Shown in pieces: positions 42,132-56,651 of a stretch of DNA of 64,000 bases (positions within the stretch are counted from its first letter, which is position 1; each line of letters begins with the position of its first letter). The notes below the pieces were generated by a model. It ran no database searches. It was not told the DNA's origin and saw only the letters and a program-made list of their open reading frames with translations. The translations under genes and the position numbers were made by a program. Origin of the DNA: Octopus sinensis (Eukaryota); assembly GCF_006345805.1 (NCBI RefSeq), contig NC_042997.1, positions 18,662,001-18,726,000 of the forward strand, read 5' to 3'.

Positions 42132-43241
42132 ATATGCATGTGTGTAGGTGTGTATATATTTGTGTATTCCCTTGTTTAGACATCACCTGATGGTTGTAAA
42201 TGAACATCATTGTAATGCATGCATGGCTGTTTATTTCCAGTCTTTCATGATAAATATGTTTAGCTATGAGAAAGTATTGCCTAGTTTGGAAAAAAGTAAG
42301 GGTTGGCCACAAGAAGGGCATCCAGTCATAGAAAATCTGCCTCAACAAACTTTGTCTGATGCATGCAAGAATGGAAAAGTGGATGTTAAATGATGATAAT
42401 AATGATGATATATATATATATAATTTAACATTAACTTTCTTATGAATGAGTTAACACACAAATGTGTTTTTGATAATGGGCTTTAAGATATCAATGCATG
42501 TAAGTATTTATATATAATGTAGAAATGATAGTTTCAGATGCTACAGTATTTTTCTATATTCAATTATTTCTATGTCAATATTTTTGTAAAAGACCACATA
42601 ACAAGCTGGCTCTGTGAAAACTTCACACTAACTATCGCCTAAAAAAAATAAATAAAAATAGGAGAGAGAGAATATAAAAAGAAAAATACATATGAAATGA
42701 AAAAAATTGCCGTTAGCCAATGTCCAAGACAAAAGAAGCATCAAAGTTATCTCATAAATATTGTTGAAAAAAGAAAGAACGAGTTGTCAGTTTGAAGGTA
42801 GAATTTCCATTATTGTAGTATTAAGAATGATTGCAATACTAAATATAGCTTATTCTTGTCTGGTGATAACAAAAATCAATTATGTTACAAAAACTTAGAG
42901 TTTAGTAATATTATGTTATTGCAAACGATAGTTTTGTATATTTTCAAATAACACAACGGTATTCATATCATAAAAAGATAGTTGTAGAGTTGAAAAGCAA
43001 ATAAATTTGAATAAAGAAATATGTCAGCATGAAAATTGATAGGGTCAGGTAAGGATATTGGTTAAAGACTGCTTTCATAAGATTTTTTCCATGGTCAATC
43101 AAATAGGTATAGACCACTCTCACCCAGTATTCAAGTCAGAGTTTGAAATCTTGTAAAAAAAATCTCATTAAGATGACCATGCTGTTGCTTAGTTCATGGC
43201 TGGCTCTGAACAAGCAGGTTCAATGACATTTAAGTTGTGAG

Positions 43242-43450
43242 GGTGGTGAGCTGCCAGAATTGTGATTGGGCCAAACAAAATGCTTAACAGAATTTCTTCT
43301 GACTTGACGTTCTGAGTACAAATGCCACTGGGGTTGACTGTGCTTTTCATCGTTTTAGAGTCAATAAGTTGTGCACTAGGGTCCATGTAATTGAATTACC
43401 CCCTCCTCTAAAATTTTGGCCTTGTGCCAAACTTCAAAACCAATGACAAT
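43242..43450 (+). mobile_element. SINE family S1, decayed
   Basis: GGTGGTGAGCTGCCAGAA head and CTAAAATTTTGGCCTTGTGCC tail. Confidence 0.65.
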
Positions 43451-43685
43451 TAAGCTGTTATCAACATTCCTTTTTCAAGAATAATGTACCTGGTTTTACA
43501 TTCTCAAAATACTCTTTCCTTTAACATAACAGAGTATGGATTGAAGATATCTTTTTCTAAAAAGTCAAGTTATAACACATAAACTCCCTCTCTGATTTGA
43601 AATAATCATGCTCAGTGCATGTTATTACTATAATCTGCATACAGTAAAATCTGAATACAGTGTGTATGTGCATGTATATCTGTGT

Positions 43686-44186
43686 ATGAGGTCGTTACCA
43701 GTGCAGGTGGCACATAAAAAGCACTATTTGAGCATGGCCGTTGCCAGTACTACCAAACTGGCCCTCGTGCCGGTGGCATTAAAAAGCACCCACTACACTC
43801 TTGGAGTGGTTGGCGTTAGGAAGGGCATCCAGCTGTAGAAACTCTGCCAGATCAGATTGGAGTCTGGTTCGCCAGATCTCAGTCAAATCGTCCAACCCAT
43901 GCTACCATGGAAAGCGATCGTTAAATGATGATGATGATGATGATATATACAGTATATATATATATATATATATGAATAACATCTATATACATATGTATAT
44001 ATGTGGGTGGCACGTAAAACGCACCCACTACACTCGTGGAGTGGTTGGCGTTAGGAAGGGCATCCAGCCGTAGAAACACTGCCAGATCAGAACTGGGCCT
44101 GATGCAGCCTTCTGGCTTCACAGACCCCAGTTGAACCGTCCAACCCATGCTAGCATGGTAAACGGACGCTAAATGATGATGATGAT
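43686..44186 (+). mobile_element. Two 5'-truncated copies of SINE family S3 (GGAAGGGCATCC core, (GAT)n tails)
   Basis: GGTTGGCGTTAGGAAGGGCATCCAGC at ~43809 and ~44044; both end CCAACCCATGCTA...(GAT)n. Confidence 0.8.
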
Positions 44187-44683
44187 ATGCATATCAATAT
44201 ATACGCATACATATACCAATATATACACATACACACACACACACATGCATAAATACAGACATAAATACACAAAAGCATATCTACATACATTCATACAAAC
44301 GTAAACAGAATTACTTACTATATCAGTAATATTGCAAACATCATTTGCTGTCATACTCTTTATTGAAAAAAAACATTAAGATGAAATTGCTTTTGGTTTT
44401 TAAGACATAAAGGTAGAAATCTTCATATATTTAGTGTACCTCTGTTCTAATGGCACATCGGTCAGAGTAAACCCAATGTTTCTTGTCAAATTCATTGATT
44501 TAGAGAGATATTTCCTCAACAGTCCTGTAGTTGTTGTCTGTTTAATGTATGCTGCTGCCTGCAGCAATGTCTGCTATTACAAGATACGTATGGAGGAAAG
44601 ACACTTCAGAAGTGACATTTATCAATGTTGTTAAATTTCATTTCCGTTCTCATCTTTATTTCTTAACCAAATTCAAATAAGCA

Positions 44684-44825
44684 TCTCTCTCTCTCTCTCT
44701 CTCTTTCTTTCAACCTTTCTCTACCGCTTTTCTCCACTCTCTCTCTCTACCTCTCTCTGACTCTCATTCTCTCTCTCTCTTCTTTCAACCTTCTCTACCG
44801 CTTTTCTCACTCTCTCTCTCTCTCA

Positions 44826-44864
<39 letters not shown>

Positions 44865-44891
44865 TTCAACTTTCTCTACCGCTTTTCTCCA

Positions 44892-44962
<71 letters not shown>

Positions 44963-45660
44963 TTCTTTCAACCTTTCTCTACCGCTTTTCTCCACTCTCT
45001 CTCTCTCTCTCTCTCTTCTTTCAACCTTTCTCTACCGCTTTTCTCACTCTCTCTCTCTACCTCTCTCTGACTCTCATTCTCTCTCTCTCTTTCTTTCAAC
45101 CTTTCTCTACCGCTTTTCTCACTCTCTCTCTCTACTCTCTCTGACTCTCATTCTCTCTCTCTCTTTCTTTCAACCTTCTCTACCGCTTTTCTCACTCTCT
45201 CTCTCTACCTCTCTCTGACTCTCATTCTCTCTCTCTCTTTCTTTCAACCTTTCTCTACCGCTTTTCTCCACTCTCTCTCTCTACCTCTCTCTGACTCTCA
45301 TTCTCTCTCTCTCTTTCTTTCAACCTTTCTCTACCGCTTTTCTCCACTCTCTCTCTCTACCTCTCTCTGACTCTCATTCTCTCTCTCTCTTTCTTTCAAC
45401 CTTTCTCTACCGCTTTTCTCCACTCTCTCTCTCTACCTCTCTCTGACTCTCATTCTCTCTCTCTCTTTCTTTCAACCTTTCTCTACCGCTTTTCTCCACT
45501 CTCTCTCTCTACCTCTCTCTGACTCTCATTCTCTCTCTCTCTTTCTTTCAACCTTTCTCTACCGCTTTTCTCCACTCTCTCTCTACCTCTCTCTGACTCT
45601 CATTCTCTCTCTCTCTCTCTCACTGACTCTCGTTCTCTCTCTCTCCCTCTCTCTCTCTCT
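44684..45660. repeat. (CT)n-derived minisatellite, ~60-bp unit, roughly 14 copies
   Basis: Recurring TTTCAACCTTTCTCTACCGCTTTTCTCCACTCTCTCTCTCTACCTCTCTCTGACTCTCATTC. Confidence 0.9.
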
Positions 45661-45769
45661 CTGTACACATTCATTATGTATACATGTGTGTACATGTATT
45701 TGTGTATGTATATATATACAAATACACACCGACGCATATGCATATAAGTGTGTGTGTATGTGTGTGTGT

Positions 45770-45802
45770 GTGTGTGTATATATATTTATATGTATATGCA
45801 TA

Positions 45803-45848
<46 letters not shown>

Positions 45849-46392
45849 CACACACTCATACACACATGGATACATGCACATACACACACACATACACCTG
45901 TCAGATTCTCTTGAACCATGCTACCCTTGCCAGTATAGAAGCAGATGTAAAATGATGTAGCTGATGATGACACAGATACATACAATAGCACTAGCATATG
46001 TATGTATGTGTGCGTGTATTATGTATATATTTGTGTGTGTGTATGTGTGTGTGTGTGTCTGTGTGTGTGTGTGTCTGTGTGTGTGTGTGTCTGTGTGTGT
46101 GTGCACGCATGTATGCATATTTGTATCTATGCATGTATATATATATATAAACATGTGTGTGTGAAGGCATATACTAATGCATATATGTGTGAGTGTATGT
46201 ATATGTATGCATGCATGTATGTATATATACACACATACTTTCCTACATACTTAAACACAGATATATATGCATATACATACATGCATACATATATGCATAC
46301 ATGTATGCATGTATGTATGTGCACACATACTTACCTACATACATAAACACAGATATATATGCATATACATACATATATACATACATACATAT

Positions 46393-46438
<46 letters not shown>

Positions 46439-46475
46439 GTGTGTGTGTGTATATATATTTATATGTATATGCATA

Positions 46476-46523
<48 letters not shown>

Positions 46524-47063
46524 CACACACTCATACACACATGGATACATGCACATACACACACACATACACCTGTCAGATTCTCTTGAACCATGCTACC
46601 CTTGCCAGTATAGAAGCAGATGTAAAATGATGTAGCTGATGATGACACAGATACATACAATAGCACTAGCATATGTATGTATGTGTGCGTGTATTATGTA
46701 TATATTTGTGTGTGTGTATGTGTGTGTGTGTGTGTCTGTGTGTGTGTGTGTGTCTGTGTGTGTGTGTGTCTGTGTGTGTGTGCACGCATGTATGCATATT
46801 TGTATCTATGCATGTATATATATATATAAACATGTGTGTGTGAAGGCATATACTAATGCATATATGTGTGAGTGTATGTATATGTATGCATGCATGTATG
46901 TATATATACACACATACTTTCCTACATACTTAAACACAGATATATATGCATATACATACATGCATACATATATGCATACATGTATGCATGTATGTATGTG
47001 CACACATACTTACCTACATACATAAACACAGATATATATGCATATACATACATACATACATAT

Positions 47064-47100
<37 letters not shown>
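45770..47100. repeat. Two near-identical tandem copies of a ~675-bp microsatellite-rich unit
   Basis: Unique spacer CTGTCAGATTCTCTTGAACC... at ~45898 and ~46573. Confidence 0.9.
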
Positions 47101-47136
<36 letters not shown>

Positions 47137-47561
47137 TGTGTGTATCACGTAATGGAAAATTACCCTGAGAGTGTTTGGTATGAATTATGTAATATACAAT
47201 AGAGTCCAACACATGTATTATTGTAGGTGGAAAAACATTATTCAGCTGAGAATATCCCTGCAATTTGAAGAAAGAGCCTCTGTTTAGGCTATTCTATACT
47301 GAATAAAACAGAACCACTGGTTCTTACAATATCAGCTGATCCAAAGTTTTGAGAAGTTAAGACAATGCAGTTCAGGAGTGGACATTGCATTTATGTATGT
47401 GTATGCATAAGAGATATATGCACTCACACACACAGACACACACACAGACACACACACACACACACACACACATACATACACAACACACAACACACACACA
47501 TGGATAAATGTTAAACAATAAAAACGTGTGCTCGACACCACGTTGGTAGATGAAGATTCCT

Positions 47562-47759
47562 TATTTGTGTATTAAGGCTACCTTTGGTTTCATGTTAAGA
47601 AAATATCTTAACAATTCTTTAAGCCGATCACATGGAGAAATTGGTCTTCATCTCCACTTTCGATGGAGTTGAACACCAATTTCATTATGTGATCAGCTTT
47701 AAAAAATTGTTAAGACATTTTCTTAACGTGAAACTAATGGTAGCCTTTGTACACAAATA
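47562..47759. repeat. ~200-bp imperfect palindrome (fold-back element)
   Basis: TATTTGTGTA..GGCTACC..TTAAGAAAAT..GATCACAT..TCTCCA, loop CTTTCGA, then the mirrored complement. Confidence 0.85.
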
Positions 47760-48097
47760 GAGTATATTCACACACACACATATATATATATACATATAAA
47801 TGCACATACATACATATATGCTCATATGGGTCAAACAAAATTCGTTGAGGCAGATTTTCTATTGTTGGATGTGTTTCCTGTCATCAACTCACACCAGTTT
47901 TCATGTAAGGCAATATTTCCCCATGCCCAAGCATGTTTGCACAGAAGATTGTAAATAAAGGACACTACTTGTGTGATGGTGACACTTGCTTACAACTGTC
48001 ATGTGATATCAAGGTAGAGAGACAACAACGCAGTAGTACATATACAAAACCACACAGAGATCCATTCATACATACATACATACATACATAGATACAT

Positions 48098-48650
48098 GGT
48101 GGCTGCCCCCTCGTTATCGAGTATGGCCATTGCACGAAGCTTAATCAATGTTGTTATCGTGCAATGCCTGTGCAAGAAGATTTTTTTTTAAAGTGAGGAA
48201 AGGCTGTGCACTGAGTCAATCCCACTCACTAAGCAACAGCAGCCATAATCCGAAAAGAAGAGCAAGTCAACATCATCGGTAACCACTGAGCCGCAGGTTT
48301 TATGTCGGAGTTATCTCAGTTACGTGAGTTACCTTCTCCTAGAAGGATGCCCTAACAAAGGATAGGAGTCCTTCACTCCCAATGGTTTAACCGCGCGATC
48401 AGGTATTCAGTCTGATTATTTCTATGTCCCTGTGCATGATACAGCCTTAAGACATTTATTGGATGGCCGTTGACTCTTAGGAGTTCCTCTGCCCTTTGAT
48501 GGGTTTTGTTTTTCATCCTGCAGGGTGTCCAATAAACACCCTCCTCACGAAGCAAGCTTGGTGGGGTTGCTGGTTTAGTTGCTGACGATCCGACCATGCA
48601 ACAGGTAGTACTGGGTTACATGTTACCAGTAGCACTCGAAAGTGACCTGA
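48098..48650 (-). mobile_element. Short non-autonomous RTE-related retroelement inside (ATGT)n
   Basis: Contains CTTCTAGGAGAAGGTAACTC (compare 22921-23480); 3' end ...GATAACGAGGGGGCAGCCACC followed by (ATGT)n; the same repeat flanks the 5' end. Confidence 0.55.
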
Positions 48651-49664
48651 CATAACATACATACATACATGCATACATATATACATACATTGTAGAAAAC
48701 ATTCACCCAAGCTACTACATAATGGGACTGAACCTGAAAGCATGTGCTATGAAATCAAACTTTTTACCACAATGCAATGATTGCATCTATTTCATAGTTG
48801 TATATATTATGTTATACTGACTGTGGCTGATTTTTAATATTTTTATTTATTTAAGAGCTTTCATATTTCCTGTATATCTCATTTGTTTATTCCTCAATAA
48901 TAGTATACTAAAGACCCTCTACATTTCAAGATTGTCTCAAACTCATCATCAGAATGAAAAGAAAAATGATAGTTCATGTTTGGTATGCTTTACAGTATTT
49001 TTTATAGGTTGGTAGTACTACCAGACAATATTTCTCTATCTAATTTTGTTTCCTGTACACTGTTATATGTTGAAATAGTTCCTTGTAAAAGCATAATTAG
49101 TCAACGAAAATGTGTTATACATATCTGTCAAATGTATGAGTCAAGAAATTTTCAACTCACCTATTTACATTGAAATTTCTGTATTACTGTATTACATTGA
49201 CTATATCTTGCAAGTTTGTGGCTTTATAATGATAAAGTTTGTCATTGTAGTATTTTTGTAATATTTTATGTAGGAATTTATTGGTGTTTTTCATGTGTTA
49301 TATGAGTTGTTCATCTTTCCTATATTTAAGAATGGGGTGGTGTTGTGGCCTGAATTCACAATAGAACTATGTTGGATTATAAGCTTAAGGAAGGAATTAT
49401 TTTTGAAATCATCTTTAAGTCTATCCAGCTCAATGAATATGTCATCAACACATTTGATGTATATGATACACAAGGTAAATTTTATAAGTATTTTATAGGA
49501 GAATTTATGGTGGTAATAGTGTCATTTGATGTCTATTTTTCAGTGCATGGTGAGTCATATAGCCAAACTCTTGTTATAATTATGTATATAATTATATCAT
49601 AAAATATTCGTAAAATTTACCTATGAGGTTTTTATTTCTGTGCTGATCACCTTTATTATTATGA

Positions 49665-50480
49665 TGCACAAGGTGCATTCAAAAGTATCTGCCATTGGGC
49701 ATAAGAAAACAATGTTATAAATTTCACAAATTTTATTTAATCACCTTCAAAAAAATCTGCTTGGTAGTTCCCATGCTTCTCCCAGTGGCTTTACCATTGC
49801 TGGAAACACCTCTTGAATGCCTTCCCTTGAATACTGTGCAGTTCCCCATCACTTTTTTCATAATCTCCACTCATAACTCAAATCCCTTCCTTTTCAGCAT
49901 GGTTTTCAGTTTGGGGAAGAGCCAGAACTCATATGGTGCCAAGCCAAGTGGTATGTTGTTCTTGACCAGGAAAGCTTGGATTATGAGGTGCATTAAAAAA
50001 GTAACTGATTTTATCGATTTGTTGACACTCTGCATTCACAAATATTGTTAAAATGGAATGTATTTATTCCAACTTCATGAAAAATTTCCTAGATTGTTAC
50101 ATGACGGTCTTCCATAACTATTCGCCGAATATTTTCAATCAGCTCCTCATTCCAGCATGTGGATTGTCTATCTAAGCACATTTCGCTCTCCACTGAGGTG
50201 TGGCCATGTTTGAAGTGGTTGTACAACTCCTTGATCTGAGTTTTGTCCATGGCATCATCATTAAAAGCTTGCTGAATCTTCTGGATGGTTTGAGCTTGAG
50301 TATCACCAAGCTTTTGGTAAAACTTGAGGCAATATTTCTGTTTGATACTTTCAGTCATCTTGCACAGAAGTGAAAATCTGGTAAGTGCATAATATATGTC
50401 TGTACTCCTCAGTGTAACAGCTGGGGACTGATGCAGCCTACTGGTGTGAAAATTTTCTCACATGTGCAGGAAGGATGGCA
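49665..50480 (-). mobile_element. Internally deleted mariner transposon
   Basis: N-terminal KQKYCLKFYQKLGDTQAQTIQKIQQAF (50089-50358), LAPYEFWLFP, CFQQW..HW...FFEGD*; TIR-like CACAAGGTGCATTCAAAAG at the left; right boundary uncertain. Confidence 0.82.
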
Positions 50481-53400
50481 TCATCTTCTATCCAAAGAAT
50501 TTTGCCTACGCAGCATTATTTCTTAATATATCAAGAGGTTTTATTGCAGGATGTGTATACATCTTATCTAAATTATAACTGTTGTTTCCATTATGGAAAC
50601 ATTTGAAAACATCCAAAGTGGAAATATTGGAAATTTTTGTCAGTTTTGTGTGATGTTTCTTTGGATTCATTTGATGATGAAATGTATTGTGAGAAAATTC
50701 TTTTTGAAGAGCCTAGGAAAGAATAGAACTTATTTGAATGCTTTTAGTGATGATTAATTTGAGTTTAATTTTTTACTGTCTAGTGTGGGTTTTCTAGTGT
50801 TGATGAAATTGCTACCAAATAGCATATTGTTTTATTTTTATAATATATTTTCTTTCCTTCGAAATAACAAACAAATTGTTATCACTTTCACGTATAATTT
50901 TATCACTATTTTCAAGTTCTGCAATTTAAGATTCATGCTACCTTGCTTTTATAAATTCTTTTCTCTCTCTGTCTTTATTGCCTTCATTCCTGGATAAGTC
51001 ACACAGTTTGTCTCAATTTTTATTAAACTTTTATCACTAACAATCACAAGAGACTGATAAAGTAATTTGAGTTTAACATTTCTAAGATTTTTTTTTTGTT
51101 TTGATCATATGGTTTCTTTTAGGTGGAAGATTTTGCTGAAATTGAGGTATTTAATTTGATGAAGTCGAAGTGTCTGCTTTGGAACTAACAATATTTTTCC
51201 ATTATAAAGACTGCTAAGCTTCTGAATATTGCTAATTCTTATTTAACATGAGAGTTGAGTCTATATATTGTTGACAGAGGGTAGATAAGTAAAGGGTTGT
51301 TGCAAATTTTATGCTTTTTTTGTTTAGATATTTCTATTGATACTTTTTGTATATCCTGCTTCACTGTTTCGCAACAAGGTTTATTTTAACCTTTAAATGG
51401 TTGGAAAGGGTTGCATAAATATGTGAGCCAGCCTAGCAAAAACAAAAGGTATTATTTTCCTTAAGGATAATTTTTGTATTTATTTTCACTTTAGTACAAA
51501 AACTATAGTAATTGAATGTCTCCCACGCAGTAAAATTTATGATGGCATTATCAAAAAATGCTAAATAATATACACTTTCCTTTGATGATGGTTGTATCCA
51601 TGTAAATTTTTTAAAACATCCATCGATGATGTCAACCATTTCAGGGTTAGACCAATGCTTCTCAAAGTGAGCGTTGGAAAATTGTATATAGATACCAGGT
51701 GCAAAAAGGGAACATTAAGGAGAAACTGATGCATCTGAACAGTTTTATATTCTTTGTCTCCTATTTAGATATTAACTTTAAAAACATTTTAATGAAATAT
51801 TATGATAAACTGCTTGTTTGCTGCCATCGCAAATATAACAATAGACAACGGCAACAATTAATGTGAATACATAAATGAACAAATATATATATATACATAT
51901 ATATATACCATGTATGTTTACAGTAGAATGGTACTGTGGTAAGTAGTCCCTTGCATCAAACTAGAGCCTAGGTCTAAATTACTCTGGCTGATATTAAGTA
52001 TATGTACATTAAAATAGTGTGGTAGTGATAGGGACCTGAATCATAACAAGAAGGCACTAAAAATGCTACCGAACAGAAAAAAAGTCTTTAGTTTCAGAAC
52101 TTTGCAATGTGTTGAATTGAATGATTGAGGAAGGACAACAACTCGAAAATATATGAATTGAATTGAATTAGTTCTAGTGCATGAGCTGTGGCACTGCCAT
52201 TTGCTGGGGAGAATAAAAATAGTTTTAAACATATCAAAATATAATTAATCATAGAAATTTCATTAGTTATCAAAAAAAAAAATGAATTATAATACACATC
52301 ATCTATTCGATTTTTATACACAGAACATGTGACACATTCATCTATTCATATTTAAAATCCATGTGATATTTTCATGTCTTTAGTTTCATATGCATAAAAC
52401 ACACAAAAGCAAAGGTTTTTCTTGTTAATGCAGTTTTTAGTGTTGTTAAAATAAAAAAGACTAAATGTTGTTTTCTTTCAGAATATATAGTCCATTGCAT
52501 AGGAAATAGGCTCTTTTAGTTTGTTGGGATTTTGGAATCCCATAAGAAATATTGATGTAAGTGCCTATAAATATTCTCCAGTTTGATCTTTCATATAATG
52601 AGCAGCTAACTGTAACAGATATTTTTTCAATGAAAAACATGTCCTAGATGTAGTAATATAGGGGAATGTGTGTTCTATAATATATCAGTCGATTATGCAA
52701 TTGTTAATAATATCATCCTTTGAATTCTAAACATATTTGGAAAGTTGAGTAGTGAGGTGTCTTTGTAAGCGTTTTAATATATATATATATATATATATAT
52801 ACCATGTTTCAAGAATCTTCTTTCCATTGCTTCTATGACTGGAATAATTTCAATAAGAGATGTCCAATGCTGACATATACAACACATCTCTACATAATTG
52901 CAACAACTCTAAATCTGCTCTTTCGGCAAGTACAAGGGTTAGCATCTCACATGAAATCAACTTTGAATAAATATTATTCTACACTATTTAGCAGTATTGA
53001 GTACTTTTTTCACTTTCTTGGTATTCACACCAGACAAAAACTATAACCAACCAATATTGAATGTGTGCACTCACATATATGTGTATGTGCGTGTGCATGT
53101 GTGTATGTGTGTGTGTGTGTGTATGTGTGTGTGTGTGTGTGCATGTGTGTGTGTATACACAGGCATGATTGAGTGTTGAAATAATTTGTTTTGCAGCCAT
53201 GAAAACTTGGGTACCATCACACTGTATGCATACCTTGGGTAAATTTCATTCATCAAAACCTGAGATCACCATAAACCCTTATGAGAAAAGCTGAGTTGAC
53301 AGAAACCATGTAGAAGTCCATTAGTTGAACTGTACAAATCTCAGCCTTGTTAAATCTTGTCGTGCTTATTCTGTTTGAAAATTATCTTAAGCGTATGAAT

Positions 53401-55906
53401 ATTTGTCGAATATTCAACCAGTTTGGATGCAAATTCAATCAGTAGATCGTTTACTTGATTGAGTGGCTCATTGCTCACATATATTTCTTGATGGATGAGT
53501 TGATCACACTTACAAATGTAAATACATGATAACTGTAGATGAGTATATGTCTACAGTGTTGCACAACAAACCTATAACTGAATGACTTATTTCATATCAT
53601 CACCACTCTCATTGCTTTAATGTCAACAGTTTCACTTTAAATATTTTCATTAAATATTTTTCTCCCTGATGTCAAATTATAAGATTCTTCTTGGTTAATT
53701 GCCCTGATATTTCAAATTTTTTTAAAATCCGGAAAAATCTTAAAATCAAAATTCCTGATATATAAATAATATTATGTATGTGCAAATATTTATACGAAAT
53801 ATATTGCTCATGTATTTCTGCATGTCTTCAAATTTAAATACCGATATATACATTTATTAATACAATATCAAGATATGTTTATGAATATAATTTTGAGTAG
53901 CTTTAAATAAATGTTTTTCCACTTTATTTAGCAGTACTAATTACTCTATTCATTTAATTGCAATTAACTCAGTTTGAATTTATTTGAATGTGGTGTGTAT
54001 ACATGATTTTACATGTGTTTACTGATATATATAAGTATGTATATTTATGTATATGTGTGTATATATATTTGTATGCATGTGTGTGTGTAAAATATATTTG
54101 TTCTGCAAATTATGTTAGGAACACTTCTAATATTTATGTATGAACAAGTCCTCTGATTAGAGTTAGTATAAAGTCACAATAATTTCTGTTTAAGTAAAAT
54201 GCACGATCTACAATCAAACACTATCCAATGAAAATATGCGTCTAGTCCTTCTAATCACTTGTATTGATAAAAAAATAGTAGTAATTAATGTCCCTCAAAT
54301 TGCATGTTATTATTTTGAGAAAGTAAAAAAACACATTGTACAATGTTGTCTGAGATATGCAATGTTTGGAAGGTAAATGGATGGTTTTATTTGGAATACC
54401 TTGATCATAGAGCTGCTTATTTGGGAGTGACTAGGAACTATTTAACAACAACATCAGCAACAAACAAAAACAGCAAGTTTGAAAATCCTTGAATATTTAA
54501 ACATAAGAGAATATACTTCGAACAAATGTTAAAAAAACTTGTTAGGAAGCACTTAAGAAATACCTCTGAATAGTCCTTCATAAAACTGACATACAAACTA
54601 AAGAGATAACAGCTATACCAGGCATGGGCAACCTTCTTCAAGAAGCATGCTGTATGAGATATGGTCCATCGTCAGGAAGGCCACACTACTAAAAACATTC
54701 AAGGTAATTTTTCATTTGGTATGTCATTCAGAAAGTCACAGTGATACTGCTTGCTCGTCACTGATCTATGTAGACTTGCTAGAAATGGTAGCCAAATTGC
54801 CATCAAATTTCTCCCTACAAACATAACAATGGGAAGATATGTGTTGAACCGTGATGTCCCAAAAGGATTTTAGTTATATCTACAATGGACTTCTGCATGG
54901 TTTCCATTACTAAATTCCACTCACAATGTACTTGGTCAACCTGAGAGATTAGTAAAAGACACTAGTACAAAGTGTCATAGAGTAGGATAGAACTGAGAAT
55001 TATATGATTGTACAGAAAGCTTCTTAACCATACATACTTGTTTTCGTCATTGGATAATGTTTGTCTGAAGAAAAAAAGACAGAATGGTTACTGATGAAAT
55101 GTCTTTGATCATAGGTCTGATCGATCAGGGATGACCTAAGGGTAAACATCAACAACAACAACAATAACAATAACCCATATAACAATCAACCAGAAGAAAA
55201 TTAAAAGAAAAAGATGAAAACTATCAAAGAGAAAATTCTCTGGAATACTAGGTGAGAAATTCAAACTTCCAATATAATGTGCGAACAGAAAATATTCTCA
55301 AAGGAGTAATTCAGAAATAACTGGTGGACAAAATTGTTCTTAAGATTGTTGGCTAGCTTCAGTCAGTTGCATTTAAGCAATTACTCTATGTAAGTTGCAG
55401 CCAATCGAATAAATATCCATGATCATGAAACATTGTTCAAGTAATAATTATTTAACCTTCTAAGTATTTTATTGAATTGTTAAATCAACTTGGAACAAAC
55501 CCAATACCACCCACAGTTTCTTAATAAGTCTTAGGCCTGAATCCTTTGTTTCAAATCACCCCATCCTTCTCTCTCTCTCTCTCTCTCTCTCTCCTTTCTT
55601 TTTCTTCTGTGTTTCAGCTCACAAACTACTAAAACTTTATACTAAATAATGATGCAGATGCAGGTATGACTTAGTTATCTTAAATTCTACTTCTAAATTA
55701 TGAGCATTCAAGTTCAATTTCTCCCTCTATGTGGCACCTTGAACAAGTCTTTTATTTTCTGTGTAGCCTCAACATGTTTCAAGTCTTGGAAGTGATCTTG
55801 TGTAAGCAGAAACTTTGTAGGGGGCTCATCCAATGGATTGTGTCCATAACTCAATGGTCCGTCATATATTGTGTTAAGCTGATTTGGCCTGAGAATTATG
55901 TTGAAG

Positions 55907-56132
55907 GGCGGCAAGCTGGCAGACACGTTAGCATGCCGGGCGAAATGCTTAACGGTATTTTGTCTGCCGCTATGTTGTGAGTTCAAATTCCATCGACTTT
56001 ACCTTTCATCCTTTTGGGGTCGATAAATTAAGTACCAGTTACACACTGGGGTCGATATAATTGACTTAATCCATTTGTCTGTCCTTGTTTGTCCTCGCTG
56101 TGCTTAGCCCCTTGTGGGTAGTAAAGAAATAG
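55907..56132 (+). mobile_element. SINE family S1, full length, tail type A
   Basis: GGCGGCAAGCTGGCAGACACGTTAGC head, GAGTTCAAATTCC B box, same tail as 97-217. Confidence 0.85.
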
Positions 56133-56651
56133 GTACATGTGATACACTGCCACTTACATAATCATTTAACAAGTAGGTGGTTCAGTTGATCAAACATCTG
56201 AGTGCTCATTGTTAAAACTGAACTGACGAAGGAGCCTCTATGCAAGAGTTTGACCTACTAAAAATAGCAGTCAAATGTCTCTCAAATCATAAAGCAGTGT
56301 GAATATACATCTGATGCATTATTTGCAATCCTGGAAAATTTGGATCCATGTTGATCCACAGCTTTCAAATCAGTCCACGTGCAGCATTTACAGTAGATCT
56401 CCAAGCTGTACAGTCTGCTACTGTTGATTTGAAACATTAACTCTTTGTACTGGTTTAATTGGATTATGTGGATCTTTGTTGTGGCATAGGATCACTGCAA
56501 GACATTCTGCCATTTTAAGAGAAAGAAACACTGGATAAAAAGATTCTAGATACACTGTCTACCTAGCAAAGAATGATGTGGTGATCATGGATTTTGATCC
56601 TATCTCTTCTTTATTATGGCTGACCTGGGGATTAATAATGACAGCAATTAT

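Noticed and set aside
44684-45660. CRISPR-like array
   Set aside because: No unique spacers; eukaryotic low-complexity tandem repeat with no cas genes.
52481-52556. Plus-strand exon with strong TTTCAG/GTAAGT sites
   Set aside because: All three frames hit stops from the best acceptor; only a shorter alternative (LLGFWNPIRNID) stays open, and it is unsupported.
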